53,978 bases of DNA from Ktedonobacterales bacterium. GTDB taxonomy: Bacteria; Chloroflexota; Ktedonobacteria; Ktedonobacterales; Ktedonobacteraceae. A program made the translations under genes and the position numbers. Position 1 is the stretch's first letter. Each line of letters starts with the position of its first letter. The DNA is taken from contig JBBPYR010000187.1 of the NCBI GenBank assembly GCA_038199755.1, positions 1 to 53,978 on the forward strand, given 5' to 3'. Below, piece by piece: positions 19,923-29,601 of this stretch. A model generated the notes under the pieces. It saw nothing but the letters and a program-made list of their open reading frames with translations, had not been told where the DNA came from and did no database searches.

Positions 19923-21092
19923 CTAGCACAAGTCAGCGGAGAGCGCATGCACAAGTGGCACAATGCGCTTGGTGCCCTCAACATTCCAGGAGCGGTAGGC
20001 ATTGATGGAGGCCGACATCGTGTGAAGCTGTTCGGGATAATGAACGAGCGCTGTTAGCAGCGCTTGCTGCTCATGCTGCTGCAAGGCAATCCAACCTAAA
20101 CCGTAACGTCGAATAAACGTCAAATTTGCGTGTTCCTGACCGGGGATATAGGAGGTAGCAATAAAGGGTTTGCCTAACATAAGCGACTCGAACAGCATAT
20201 TAGGACCAGCCTTGCCCATAATCACATCTGCGGCAGCCATATACGGGGCAATTTCTTTCGTGTAGGGCAAGACAGCAAGGTTGCGCGTATCTTTGTAACG
20301 CTCGTATAAGACGCGATTGGTGCCCGTAGCCAGGATTACCTGCACCCGTCCTGTGCGGTCATTCACTGCCTGGATATGCTCTATGGTACGCTCAACATGC
20401 GCCGCACCTTCACTGCCTCCCTGCAGAAAGATGGTGAAGCGGTCTGAGACAAGATGGAGTTGAGCTAGCAGTTCGTCGCGTTGCTCTTTATTCATGTCGA
20501 AAGCGCGAGCGAATTGAGCGCGTACAGGCCAACCAACCAGATGTAAGCGTTCGGGCGCAAAACCCGCGCACAGTGCTTGTTTATAGGTCTCACGCGTGGA
20601 AGCAAGGGTAGCAGCAGCCCCACGTTCGCTGAGCCATGCCGCGTGAACACCATTGGCGTCTGAGAAGAGAGAGACCAGCGGCACGGTTGAGGAGTGTTTC
20701 TCCACTACCCGCAAGACCTCATACGTAAGAAACGGATAGGTGCTGATAATAAGATCTGGTTGCACGGTATCCAGCAAGAGAGTAAGTTGACGACGAAACA
20801 CAGCAGCAAAAACCTGATGTGCGACTAATGCCCGTGCTGGTGCATCAAAAAATTGAAATTCCGCAGCCCACAGCCAGAGGGCATAGCGACTCACCATCCG
20901 ATAATGCCACTGAAAGAAGGATGGTTGCGGATCGACAATCGTGACGGTAGGCAGAGTTACCTTTTGCTCGTTTTCTCCACCACTCACTAACGCATCCTCG
21001 ATCAGTAAGTCTTGCAGGGCTTCGGCCAAACTGACGTGACCTCCGCCAGTCCTTGAAGTCAGCAGCAAAATATTCTTATAGCGTTGCATCAA
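19923..21092 (-). CDS. MGDG-synthase-like diacylglycerol glycosyltransferase (GT28 family)
   Basis: N-terminal ILLLTSRTGGGHVSLAEAL (MGDG_synth-type G-G-G-H motif) and a C-terminal Glyco_tran_28_C-like region. Confidence 0.7.
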   Translation of the reverse strand: MMQRYKNILLLTSRTGGGHVSLAEALQDLLIEDALVSGGENEQKVTLPTVTIVDPQPSFFQWHYRMVSRYALWLWAAEFQFFDAPARALVAHQVFAAVFRRQLTLLLDTVQPDLIISTYPFLTYEVLRVVEKHSSTVPLVSLFSDANGVHAAWLSERGAAATLASTRETYKQALCAGFAPERLHLVGWPVRAQFARAFDMNKEQRDELLAQLHLVSDRFTIFLQGGSEGAAHVERTIEHIQAVNDRTGRVQVILATGTNRVLYERYKDTRNLAVLPYTKEIAPYMAAADVIMGKAGPNMLFESLMLGKPFIATSYIPGQEHANLTFIRRYGLGWIALQQHEQQALLTALVHYPEQLHTMSASINAYRSWNVEGTKRIVPLVHALSADLC

Positions 21093-21212
21093 ATTCTTTC
21101 TAGTAGCGTAATTGACGTGTATATCATATAATAAAGCACCTCTATATCACATCTTGCCAGTTGCCCTGGTTGAGAATATCCGAAAATCTGTAAGAAGGTC
21201 GTCAATAGCTTT

Positions 21213-22049
21213 ATGTTGTCATATCAACTACAAGGGAGCGGTAATCCCTTACTCCTTATCCACGGCTGGGGTGTGACCTACCCAACATGGCGTGAACTCA
21301 TTCCGTTGCTTGTCCCTCATTTTCAATTGATTCTGATAGAACTTCCCGGTATGGGTACAACCCAGGAGATCGCGCCAGAAAAGCCATACTATCCCGCTTG
21401 CGCTGAGGCATTGGAAGAACTACGTATCGCGCTGCACATCGAAAGATGGGCGATTCTTGCTTACTCAACGGGTACACGCGCGTCTGAGGCCTATATCCAA
21501 GCATATCCACAACGTGTGTCACAGGCGGTCTTCCTCTGTCCTGCCTACATACGTAAGTCCTGGCAGGCCGCGATCCAAATTGAGCAATGGATCGACTCGA
21601 AGTACTCGCGGGTGGCAAATTGGTTTTTATCTGGTTGGCCACTCTACGGCTTTTTGTTCGGCTTCGGCTTCAACCTGCGAAATCACGATTATGTTCAGGA
21701 ATGGATGAACGAGATTACCATGCACCCACAGCATACACTTAAACGCACGCTATTTGACCTCCCAGGCAAAGGGCGCGCTCCCTTTATGCTGCCCACGTCC
21801 CCAGCAGTCCCCTCGCTCTTCATCTGGGGACGACAAGACGCTCTGATTGCACGCCCACCTCGTTTACATCCCAACGACATCATTATTTTTGCCAACCACA
21901 GCGCACCCATCGTGAACCCACACAGCATCGTCTCAATTGCGCTAACATTTTTTCAAGAGGAACAGAAAAGTGATGGTGTAGCAAGAGGGCAGAAAAGCCC
22001 TTCACATGATATGATGATACAAGAGCCTGCAAAAAGTTTGCAGCAATGA
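21213..22049 (+). CDS. Alpha/beta hydrolase fold protein
   Basis: LLIHGWGVTYPTWREL at the N-terminus, with a nucleophile elbow region within ILAYSTGT. Confidence 0.65.
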   Translation: MLSYQLQGSGNPLLLIHGWGVTYPTWRELIPLLVPHFQLILIELPGMGTTQEIAPEKPYYPACAEALEELRIALHIERWAILAYSTGTRASEAYIQAYPQRVSQAVFLCPAYIRKSWQAAIQIEQWIDSKYSRVANWFLSGWPLYGFLFGFGFNLRNHDYVQEWMNEITMHPQHTLKRTLFDLPGKGRAPFMLPTSPAVPSLFIWGRQDALIARPPRLHPNDIIIFANHSAPIVNPHSIVSIALTFFQEEQKSDGVARGQKSPSHDMMIQEPAKSLQQ

Positions 22050-22071
22050 GTTCCTACCTCAGAGGTTATGG

Positions 22072-24996
22072 ATGAACACAGACAACACAGACAACATAGG
22101 CAACATAGCACCCAACACGGCTTTTATTACCTTTCTCAAGGGCCCCCTCATCGGCCAAACGTTTCGCATTGATAAACCGATCACCACCATTGGACGCCAT
22201 GTGAGTAATGATATCTTCATTCCTGATGCCCAGGTTTCAAGATATCATGCCCGCCTGTTACGCAATGAAAAGTCGTGGAGCATTGAAAATCTCTCCCAAG
22301 CGAGCACGACGACGATTGATCAAAACCGTATACAACAGGGAACCATTGAGAACAATAGCAAGGTGAGCTTGGGCGGAAATACCTCGTTCCTCTTCTCGTT
22401 CACACCCAACAACGAACTACTGGAAAATACACTCATCACCACCCAATCATTAGCAACCCAAAAAGCATCTACCCCTCCGATGCATGCAGAAGCGCAGGTC
22501 TCAACCAACCCAGAACTGTCTCCGCAACCCGCCGACAGTGTACGACCAGCACCATCTCCTCAACCAGCACCGCGCCCTGGCGACCGCACAGAAATAGCTT
22601 CATTCTCAGCACTCGGCATCCCTTCCTTTGAGGTGACAGATAATACAACTGGCCTACACAAGAATTATCCATTGGCACAACCAATCATCAACATTGGACG
22701 CGACCAGACTAACGATATCGTTATCGACGATCCCATCGTTTCCGATTTTCACCTCCAAATTGAACGTCAGAATAACCAATGGGTGCTCATCCATCCTCAC
22801 CCTAGCCAGAAACAAACGAGCAACGGTCTACTTTATCAGGGTAGTAAACTGCAAGGCAATAAGTCCTTTCGCAAACCGTTAATACGCGGAGATGTGTTCC
22901 GTATCGAAGATAAAAACGGCACACTGATCACCCTCACCTACAATGATGGCAGTGCCGGGCCGCAGGTCATCCTTCCCAGCATCCAGCCCATTGCGTTGAA
23001 CGCTGCTCAGATGACTATTGGACGACAGCCCGACAATACCATCATACTCAATCATCCACAAGTCTCCGCTCATCATGCTAGCCTCAGCACAGAAGGAGCG
23101 GCACATCGTCTCATCGACCTGAACAGTAGCAACCGCACCTATGTCAATGGCATCAGTATTACCAGTACGGTGCTGAAGCCCGACGATGAAATCCATATCG
23201 GCCCATATCGACTTATCTATACAGGCAGTGAACTCAGACAATACGACGAAAGTGTAAGCATTGGTATTAATGCCATCAATCTCAAGAAAGTGGGCAACAA
23301 TCAAACAGTCCTACTCGACTCTATTTCACTCAGCATCCCACCACGCTCCTTCGTTGCCCTCGTTGGGGGATCTGGCACAGGAAAATCGACGCTACTGGAT
23401 GCATTGAGCGGTCTACGGCCTGCACAAGAGGGTTCGGTTTTCTATAATGGACAAGATTATTATAGCCATCTCTCCGCCTTCAGATCACAGCTTGGCTATG
23501 TCCCGCAGGAAGACATCATTCACCGCGATCTCACAGTAGAACGGGCACTGTATTATGCTGCTAGACTACGCCTGCCAGCAGACTTTACACAGGAGCAAAT
23601 CAATCAGCGCATTGATGAGGTGTTGGAAGACGTGGAGATGACATACCGCCGTTCGCTACTGATCAAAAAGCTCTCCGGTGGCCAACGCAAACGTGTCTCC
23701 ATCGCGCTCGAGTTACTGGCTAATCCCAGCATCTTCTTTCTAGACGAACCAACCTCTGGACTTGATCCGGGCCTGGATCGTAAGATGATGCTCCTCTTAC
23801 GCAAGCTCGCCGACAAAGGGCATACGATTCTCTTGGTCACGCACGCGACCAATAATATTAATGTATGTGATATGGTCTGCTTCCTGGCTCAAGGTGGACG
23901 TCTGGCTTATTTCGGGCCACCAGAGGAGGCAAAAGCGTTCTTCAAGCAACCAGACTTTGCTGAAATCTACAATAGTCTCGAGCCAACCGATGAACAGCCA
24001 GCTATTCCCCAGGAGGCCAAAGAACGCTTCAATACATCACCCGCCGCTCAAAAATATATCGCACAACCGCTGCTTCAGGGTACACAGAAAACGGCTGGTG
24101 TAGCACAGAAAGCATTACCCGGGAATACGCAGGAACAACAGCGAGCAAAAGTATCAGGGCGGCGCAATCCCTTTAAGCAATTCGGTATTCTGTGCCAACG
24201 CTACATAGAGTTACTCTGGAATGATAAATGGAATCTCGCCATTTTACTGTTACAGGCCCCGATCATAGGCGTCATTCTCTTTATTCTGGTACACACACTG
24301 AACGAAACGACCATCTTCAAGGCTCCTATCTCGCTTGCTAATCAAGGAGACGCACAGCGGTTTCTCTTCATCCTCTCTTTCGCTGCCCTCATGTTTGGCT
24401 GCATCAATGCCTCACGTGAGATCATTAAAGAGATACATATTTATGAGCGAGAGCGCACCGTCAATCTAGGCATCCTTCCCTACCTGCTATCCAAGGTGAC
24501 TATATTGGGTACAATCTGCCTTTTACAATGTGCGGTGTTGCTCGCAATCATGGCTCTAGCCGCGCAATTTTATCAGGGAATATTCATTTCAGAACTCTGG
24601 GAAGCCTATATCACGATAGCCCTTGTATCGGTTGGCGGTGTCATGATCGGCTTGACTATCTCAGCATTTGTGCGCAACAACGACCAGGCTATGAGCTTTA
24701 TCCCATTGCTACTGCTACCACAGATTATCTTTTCGGGTAGCATGTTTCCCTTAAAAAATATCCCGATGCAAGTGTTCGGCGCACTCTTTTCCCTTCGTTG
24801 GGGTATGGCAGCACTGGGATCCTCTATGAACTTGATCGGGAATGGGGATAAAGTCTTCGGTACCTGCGATGCCTGTAATACCTACCAACATAGCCAGCAT
24901 TACCTGCTATTGACGTGGGGGGCAATCATCGCCTCAATCCTGCTGCTGACAATACTCACGGCCATCTTGCTCAAGCGCAGAGATGTGAAAAGATGA
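22072..24996 (+). CDS. ABC exporter with three N-terminal FHA domains fused to an ABC ATPase and an ABC-2 permease (Rv1747-like architecture)
   Basis: The three FHA cores are TIGRHVSNDIFIPDAQVSRYHARL, INIGRDQTNDIVIDDPIVSDFHLQI and MTIGRQPDNTIILNHPQVSAHHASL. Walker A is GGSGTGKST, the signature is LSGGQRKRVS, Walker B is IFFLDEPTSGLD. Six predicted TM helices follow. Confidence 0.85.
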   Translation: MNTDNTDNIGNIAPNTAFITFLKGPLIGQTFRIDKPITTIGRHVSNDIFIPDAQVSRYHARLLRNEKSWSIENLSQASTTTIDQNRIQQGTIENNSKVSLGGNTSFLFSFTPNNELLENTLITTQSLATQKASTPPMHAEAQVSTNPELSPQPADSVRPAPSPQPAPRPGDRTEIASFSALGIPSFEVTDNTTGLHKNYPLAQPIINIGRDQTNDIVIDDPIVSDFHLQIERQNNQWVLIHPHPSQKQTSNGLLYQGSKLQGNKSFRKPLIRGDVFRIEDKNGTLITLTYNDGSAGPQVILPSIQPIALNAAQMTIGRQPDNTIILNHPQVSAHHASLSTEGAAHRLIDLNSSNRTYVNGISITSTVLKPDDEIHIGPYRLIYTGSELRQYDESVSIGINAINLKKVGNNQTVLLDSISLSIPPRSFVALVGGSGTGKSTLLDALSGLRPAQEGSVFYNGQDYYSHLSAFRSQLGYVPQEDIIHRDLTVERALYYAARLRLPADFTQEQINQRIDEVLEDVEMTYRRSLLIKKLSGGQRKRVSIALELLANPSIFFLDEPTSGLDPGLDRKMMLLLRKLADKGHTILLVTHATNNINVCDMVCFLAQGGRLAYFGPPEEAKAFFKQPDFAEIYNSLEPTDEQPAIPQEAKERFNTSPAAQKYIAQPLLQGTQKTAGVAQKALPGNTQEQQRAKVSGRRNPFKQFGILCQRYIELLWNDKWNLAILLLQAPIIGVILFILVHTLNETTIFKAPISLANQGDAQRFLFILSFAALMFGCINASREIIKEIHIYERERTVNLGILPYLLSKVTILGTICLLQCAVLLAIMALAAQFYQGIFISELWEAYITIALVSVGGVMIGLTISAFVRNNDQAMSFIPLLLLPQIIFSGSMFPLKNIPMQVFGALFSLRWGMAALGSSMNLIGNGDKVFGTCDACNTYQHSQHYLLLTWGAIIASILLLTILTAILLKRRDVKR

Positions 24997-25007
24997 CCGC
25001 GTGCATC

Positions 25008-25562
25008 TTATGGTAGTTCAGATATGTGCTGTACAAGCAGTTTCCGGCGATAGCGTAACTGATGCCAGATGATCCATGCGAGGCAGAAGAGTGGTAACGA
25101 GCCAATCAGCCAGCCCAACCAGATAGGCATAGCTCCTGGCGCGGATACCACGATGGGAAAACTCGCCTCAGCTGAGCCGCGTGGTCCGTCGAGCTGCACC
25201 GCAATCTGCCAAGCACCACGTACAGGCATACGAATGTTGCCTGTGAGTGTACTGGTCGCGTTCAGCGGCGACAACTGCGCATGTAATGGAATAGCATCAG
25301 TGCCTAGTCCCGGTAACATATTGATATGTCCTGAAAGTCGCAATGCGCTTTCTTGAGGCACAACCGTCACTTGCACCGCTTGATCGGTTATCGGCGGATA
25401 TTGGTAGAGATTGACCTGTACGATGTAGGGGCCAACAGCTAGCGTTCTCGTGAGCGCAGGCCCGTCGTTCGCTTGCGCTACCCGCGAAGTAAGCAGCATA
25501 ACACCTATCATCAGAGCAAGCGTAAAACAACTACCTGCGAGCATTCTTCCTAATGCGTGCAT
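25008..25562 (-). CDS. Hypothetical exported protein with a C-terminal membrane anchor
   Basis: The start is set at ATG 25562 with a gggaga RBS. It has an N-terminal signal/TM (MHALGRMLAGSCFTLALMIGVMLL...AQA) and a C-terminal TM helix (WLGWLIGSLPLFCLAWIIW). Confidence 0.4.
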   Translation of the reverse strand: MHALGRMLAGSCFTLALMIGVMLLTSRVAQANDGPALTRTLAVGPYIVQVNLYQYPPITDQAVQVTVVPQESALRLSGHINMLPGLGTDAIPLHAQLSPLNATSTLTGNIRMPVRGAWQIAVQLDGPRGSAEASFPIVVSAPGAMPIWLGWLIGSLPLFCLAWIIWHQLRYRRKLLVQHISELP

Positions 25563-25593
25563 AGTGATTGATTCTCCCAATCGCAAACTATAC

Positions 25594-26823
25594 TTACCTT
25601 TTATTGAAGTACCAGACATCGCCGAAGCTCGCCCCACCAAATGTGCCAATAATACCGAAAACAAGTAGTATCGGCACCGCAATTAGGACAACCTGAACCA
25701 TCGTGTCAGGCGCAATCAGAACGCCCGGTTCTTCCAGAAAGACACGCGGCAAATCCCACGAACCCATGATAATGCACGGAGCAATCACCAATTGTGGCAA
25801 TGTAATCAGTATACCCAGTAGCCAGTTCCCCCGCGTCACGCCACCGAGTTTGCGCTTATGCGTGAGCCGCCAGAATGCCACGCCATCTATGATAAATGCG
25901 GAAATGAGAAAAGTCAGCGGGAACACCGCATCAGAGAGTCTAAAATAAGGCTGCTGTGCTACACGGTACGATAAACCTTGCCAAACCACGCCAACACGAA
26001 TGGCCCACGGCACAAAAAGTTCCTCCAGGAAGGTATGCACCAGCAACAGAAAGACTGTAAGCAATGCCGTACCTGGTAGACGTGTAAAGCGAACCGCGGC
26101 AATCAGCATCAGTGCGCCGCAGAGCACCAGAGGTATGCCATAGGTGGGAATAATCAATAGGCCAAATACAGCAATGGGAGCCTGTAAAAAGCCGATTAAC
26201 GTGAAATTCATTAATCCAGCAATGATGAAGAGTGTTCCCCACTCAAGCACATTCAAGCCCAGAAAGCGACGGGAAGGATAATCACTAGTGCGCTCGTGGG
26301 CCGCTTCTGAGGCAAAGATATAGATCATGCCGAGGATGGCAATCAGGCCACCTGAGATCCCCATCAAATGAAAAGGTGCCCACAGTGCGATATCAATGCC
26401 GTACATTTCATGCCAGTAGTTGTCAAGCGGAGCCGCGCTAAGCGTGCCAAGTGCGCCAATTCCCGCCAGCAAAAAGCCTATCGGGGCATGGAAAATCTTC
26501 ATAAAAGGGATAGTCGAAGTATCGTCAACACCGGGTCTATGCCTATAGTAGCGCACGGTGTCAGTCAGTACAACGATCAGGGCAATCAAGCCTGCACCAG
26601 CGACACATGAGTAAATGAGCGTATGCGGCGGCGTCCAGAACCAATCGCGCCCAACATAGAAATGCCACTCTCTATCCCAGATTGCGCCTAGCTCACCTTG
26701 CAGCAGAAAGAAGAGCATCAACCAAGCAGCTACACGTCGCAGACGACGTTCATCCTTATCGAAACGCGCACCTTGCTTTAGCGAAGGCTCCGTTACAATA
26801 GCCTGTACCTCTGATTGTGCCAT
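25594..26823 (-). CDS. Hypothetical polytopic integral membrane protein, about 12 TM helices
   Basis: 409 aa, highly hydrophobic, with Trp-rich loops. No family was recognised. Confidence 0.45.
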   Translation of the reverse strand: MAQSEVQAIVTEPSLKQGARFDKDERRLRRVAAWLMLFFLLQGELGAIWDREWHFYVGRDWFWTPPHTLIYSCVAGAGLIALIVVLTDTVRYYRHRPGVDDTSTIPFMKIFHAPIGFLLAGIGALGTLSAAPLDNYWHEMYGIDIALWAPFHLMGISGGLIAILGMIYIFASEAAHERTSDYPSRRFLGLNVLEWGTLFIIAGLMNFTLIGFLQAPIAVFGLLIIPTYGIPLVLCGALMLIAAVRFTRLPGTALLTVFLLLVHTFLEELFVPWAIRVGVVWQGLSYRVAQQPYFRLSDAVFPLTFLISAFIIDGVAFWRLTHKRKLGGVTRGNWLLGILITLPQLVIAPCIIMGSWDLPRVFLEEPGVLIAPDTMVQVVLIAVPILLVFGIIGTFGGASFGDVWYFNKR

Positions 26824-26974
26824 AGAGCATGTTCCCTTTTATCGTCTTCAAGCTCATACCCATAGTAGTAGGGGTTTTTCAAGTGTACAAAAAGTCTAAG
26901 CCGAAAGTCAAATTGGAGCCACACCTCCAGGCCTTTCTTTCTTCCTCGTCCACTCCCCTTGACAACATGGTGAA

Positions 26975-27010
26975 CATCCTGTTACCATCTATATGGATGG
27001 TAACAGGATG
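26975..27010. promoter_or_regulatory. Perfect 15-bp inverted repeat (CATCCTGTTACCATC-tatatg-GATGGTAACAGGATG) between a TTGACA box and the RBS of the RHH gene, a candidate autoregulatory operator
   Basis: The arms are at 26975-26989 and 26996-27010. TTGACA is at 26959-26964, AAGGAGG at 27013-27019 and the ATG at 27027. Confidence 0.55.
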
Positions 27011-27026
27011 TAAAGGAGGTGGCAAT

Positions 27027-27422
27027 ATGGCAGAACTTGAAAAAACGGAAAAAATTACCATCAATTTGGGGTTAGTCGACCTGGGACAAATTGACCTGTT
27101 AGTGCAAGAAGGCTTTTATTCTAACCGCACTGACTTTATTCGTACAGCGATCCGCACCCAGATTTCCACGCATGCAGATGTGGTCAAGCGTACGGTAGCT
27201 CGTAAGACATTAGTACTTGGTGTGCAGCACTACACAAGGCAGGATTTGGAGACGGTTCGCGCCGCAGGCGAAACGTTGCAAATCAACGTGCTCGGCCTGG
27301 CGAGTATTGCTGAGGATGTCTCACCCGAACTAGCCCTTGCCACCATCGACTCTATCGAAGTACTTGGTGCCTTTCGTGCCAGCCCTGCCGTGAAAGCGGC
27401 ATTGGCAGAGCGTATCAGGTAA
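27027..27422 (+). CDS. Ribbon-helix-helix (CopG/Arc/MetJ-like) DNA-binding protein with an uncharacterised C-terminal domain
   Basis: The start is set at ATG 27027 after a strong AAGGAGG. The N-terminus KITINLGLVDLGQIDLLVQEGFYSNRTDFIRTAIRTQI fits a beta-strand plus two helices RHH fold. Confidence 0.5.
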   Translation: MAELEKTEKITINLGLVDLGQIDLLVQEGFYSNRTDFIRTAIRTQISTHADVVKRTVARKTLVLGVQHYTRQDLETVRAAGETLQINVLGLASIAEDVSPELALATIDSIEVLGAFRASPAVKAALAERIR

Positions 27423-27482
27423 ACTTTCAGGTGCTCAAGTTTCTCTATTCAGAGCATCACCAACAGGAAGGAACTCTTTCCA

Positions 27483-28574
27483 TTGAATAACCCTATGCAA
27501 GATAGCATGTTAGAAGCGGCCCGTCTCACACGCGACGGAAAACTCAAGGAGGCAACTGCACTTATTCAGCGTACACTTGCTGCTCACTCTTCGCCCGTCA
27601 GCACTACCAACACCGCCAACATGCCAGCAATAACACCGAGCAAGGCCAATCAGCCAATTGAAGCCGAGTTTCGTGTGCTGGATGATTCCCCTGCACCTCA
27701 TAAGAGCAAGCAAGGGCAATTCATTGAGAAGAGCTACAGCAATCCAGCTGGCACACGTCCCTACAAACTCTATATTCCCAGCGGCTATACAGGACAGGCG
27801 GTTCCTCTCGTAGTCATGCTGCACGGCTGCTCACAGAACGCCACCAATTTTTCCATCGGCACACGCATGAATACGCTTGCCGAAGAAGCAACCTTTCTCG
27901 TTGCCTATCCAGAACAAGGCAGTGCGGCGAACAGCACAAAATGCTGGAATTGGTATCAAAAGGCAAACCAGCAGCGCGACAAAGGCGAACCATCACTCAT
28001 CGCAGGCATCACAGAACAGGTCATGCGCGACTATCAGATTGATACGCGCCGCATCTATATCGCAGGGCTATCTTCGGGCGGGGCTATGGCGGCTATCATG
28101 GCCGCCACCTATCCCCATCTCTATGCCGCCGTCTGCGTCCATTCCGGCCTTGCTTATAGTGCCGCGCACGACCTCCCTTCCGCCTTCGCTGCGATGAACC
28201 AAGGGGCAAGCCAACCTGCGAAACAACTGACAAAGGCGATCCCGCTGATCATCTTCCACGGAGACCGTGACACAACCGTAGCCCCTAGCAACGCAGACAC
28301 GCTCCTCAACCAGTGGCTCCAGGCCACGTCTCGCACGCAAGGAGCGGCACTAGCCGCTACGGTAGAACGCGCACACGCAAAGAATGGGTATGCCTACACA
28401 CGCTCTCTCTACCGCAATCGCCGAGAACAAGTGCTTATTGAGCAATGGCTCGTCCATCAAGCAGGCCATGCCTGGTTTGGCGGAAATCCCCAAGGCTCTT
28501 ATACCGACATGCGTGGACCCGATGCCTCCAGCGAAATGCTGCGCTTCTTCAATCAGCATCCCAAAGAGCAATAA
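27483..28574 (+). CDS. PHB-depolymerase-family esterase (Esterase_phd)
   Basis: LVVMLHGCSQNATNF...AYPEQ...CWNWY...IYIAGLSSGGAMAAIMAATYP...VHSG matches the extracellular PHB depolymerase / feruloyl-esterase-like family pattern. Confidence 0.75.
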   Translation: MNNPMQDSMLEAARLTRDGKLKEATALIQRTLAAHSSPVSTTNTANMPAITPSKANQPIEAEFRVLDDSPAPHKSKQGQFIEKSYSNPAGTRPYKLYIPSGYTGQAVPLVVMLHGCSQNATNFSIGTRMNTLAEEATFLVAYPEQGSAANSTKCWNWYQKANQQRDKGEPSLIAGITEQVMRDYQIDTRRIYIAGLSSGGAMAAIMAATYPHLYAAVCVHSGLAYSAAHDLPSAFAAMNQGASQPAKQLTKAIPLIIFHGDRDTTVAPSNADTLLNQWLQATSRTQGAALAATVERAHAKNGYAYTRSLYRNRREQVLIEQWLVHQAGHAWFGGNPQGSYTDMRGPDASSEMLRFFNQHPKEQ

Positions 28575-28629
28575 CTACAGCAAAAAAGGCCACTCTCGTC
28601 GAGAGTGGCCTTTTTTGCTGTAGTTATTG
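28568..28629. terminator. Long (about 30-bp arms) palindromic bidirectional terminator with A6/T6 tracts
   Basis: caataactacagcaaaaaaggccactctcg-tc-gagagtggccttttttgctgtagttattg lies between convergent genes. Confidence 0.7.
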
Positions 28630-28631
28630 CT

Positions 28632-29429
28632 CTAAATCTTGTTGCGCGTCCTGCCCAGGTTCCCTGGAATATCCTCGTTCAGGCCAATGTGGTTTACCAC
28701 CACACGTACGCCCGGAATACCAATCAGTTCGCGTTCCAGCATCAACTTCATATCCTCTGTGGGAACATCACCGTATAGTTGCAGAATGTAATTCTCAACC
28801 AGCACCGTAATATTGTGCGACCCATCCAGCTTGCCCTTTTCCTGCAAACTCGTGATCCGAGCATTCGCCAAGTTCAAAATAGCATCCTCGGCGACGACAA
28901 AATTTTTCACATTGGCAACGTTGGGCAACTGCCACAACGCATCCTCAAGCTCATCACGCTGTGCCTCAAGCTCCACCTTGCCATAGACCGCCAGAGCCAC
29001 CGTATCGCCCTGCACATCCTCAAGCTCCACACGCACGGGATGCGTGCTGTAGGCCGTGCTGCTGACCGTTACCACGCGCTCAACCATCTCCTGAGCCAGT
29101 TCCAGCACCTGCTCTGGTGTCAAATCGGGCTGATAATTCTCAACCCCCTCTTTAGCTTGCTCGCCCGCCATGGGATCCTCTAATGCCCAACCCATAATGC
29201 CAATCAGCACAAAGGGTGTCGCAATAATCGTCAACCAGGGATTTTTTGGAATAAAGAGCAAACCCGTAATCGCAGCAATGACCGCTAAGCTCAAGATCAA
29301 TGGCCAGTAGCTGGGACCGGGCAAATGTATATGATGCCCTGCCTCATCCCCGTGTGCATCTGCATGAACGTCGAGTGACGAGTGTACTTCGCCCTCTGTC
29401 AGATTAGCACTTTGAAGAGACGTATCCAT
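28632..29429 (-). CDS. Membrane protein with tandem C-terminal BON domains
   Basis: An N-terminal His-rich segment, two TM helices (WPLILSLAVIAAITGLLF, IIATPFVLIGIMGWAL), then two BON-like repeats (VVAEDAILNLANARIT..., VENYILQLYGDVPTEDMKLMLERELIGIPGVRVVVNHI). Confidence 0.55.
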   Translation of the reverse strand: MDTSLQSANLTEGEVHSSLDVHADAHGDEAGHHIHLPGPSYWPLILSLAVIAAITGLLFIPKNPWLTIIATPFVLIGIMGWALEDPMAGEQAKEGVENYQPDLTPEQVLELAQEMVERVVTVSSTAYSTHPVRVELEDVQGDTVALAVYGKVELEAQRDELEDALWQLPNVANVKNFVVAEDAILNLANARITSLQEKGKLDGSHNITVLVENYILQLYGDVPTEDMKLMLERELIGIPGVRVVVNHIGLNEDIPGNLGRTRNKI

Positions 29430-29601
29430 AAGTGTCGTTCTCCTCTAGCTTGATATACAAAAATTATTGATTTCGTAAAAAGCAAATATTCCTTCTTTTG
29501 TAAGCATACCAAATATCATCAGTTCATGCAACTGTTACATGATTGACGGCTATGAGAGAATGATAAAAATACCATTATCCTTAACTACATTTGAGAAACA
29601 C

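Noticed and set aside
29430-29601. A possible preQ1 riboswitch upstream of tgt (ucuagcuug...acaaaaauua).
   Set aside because: There is no P1 stem complementary to the 5' segment and no conserved pseudoknot partner. tgt is not a typical preQ1-regulated gene. It is an AT-rich promoter region only.
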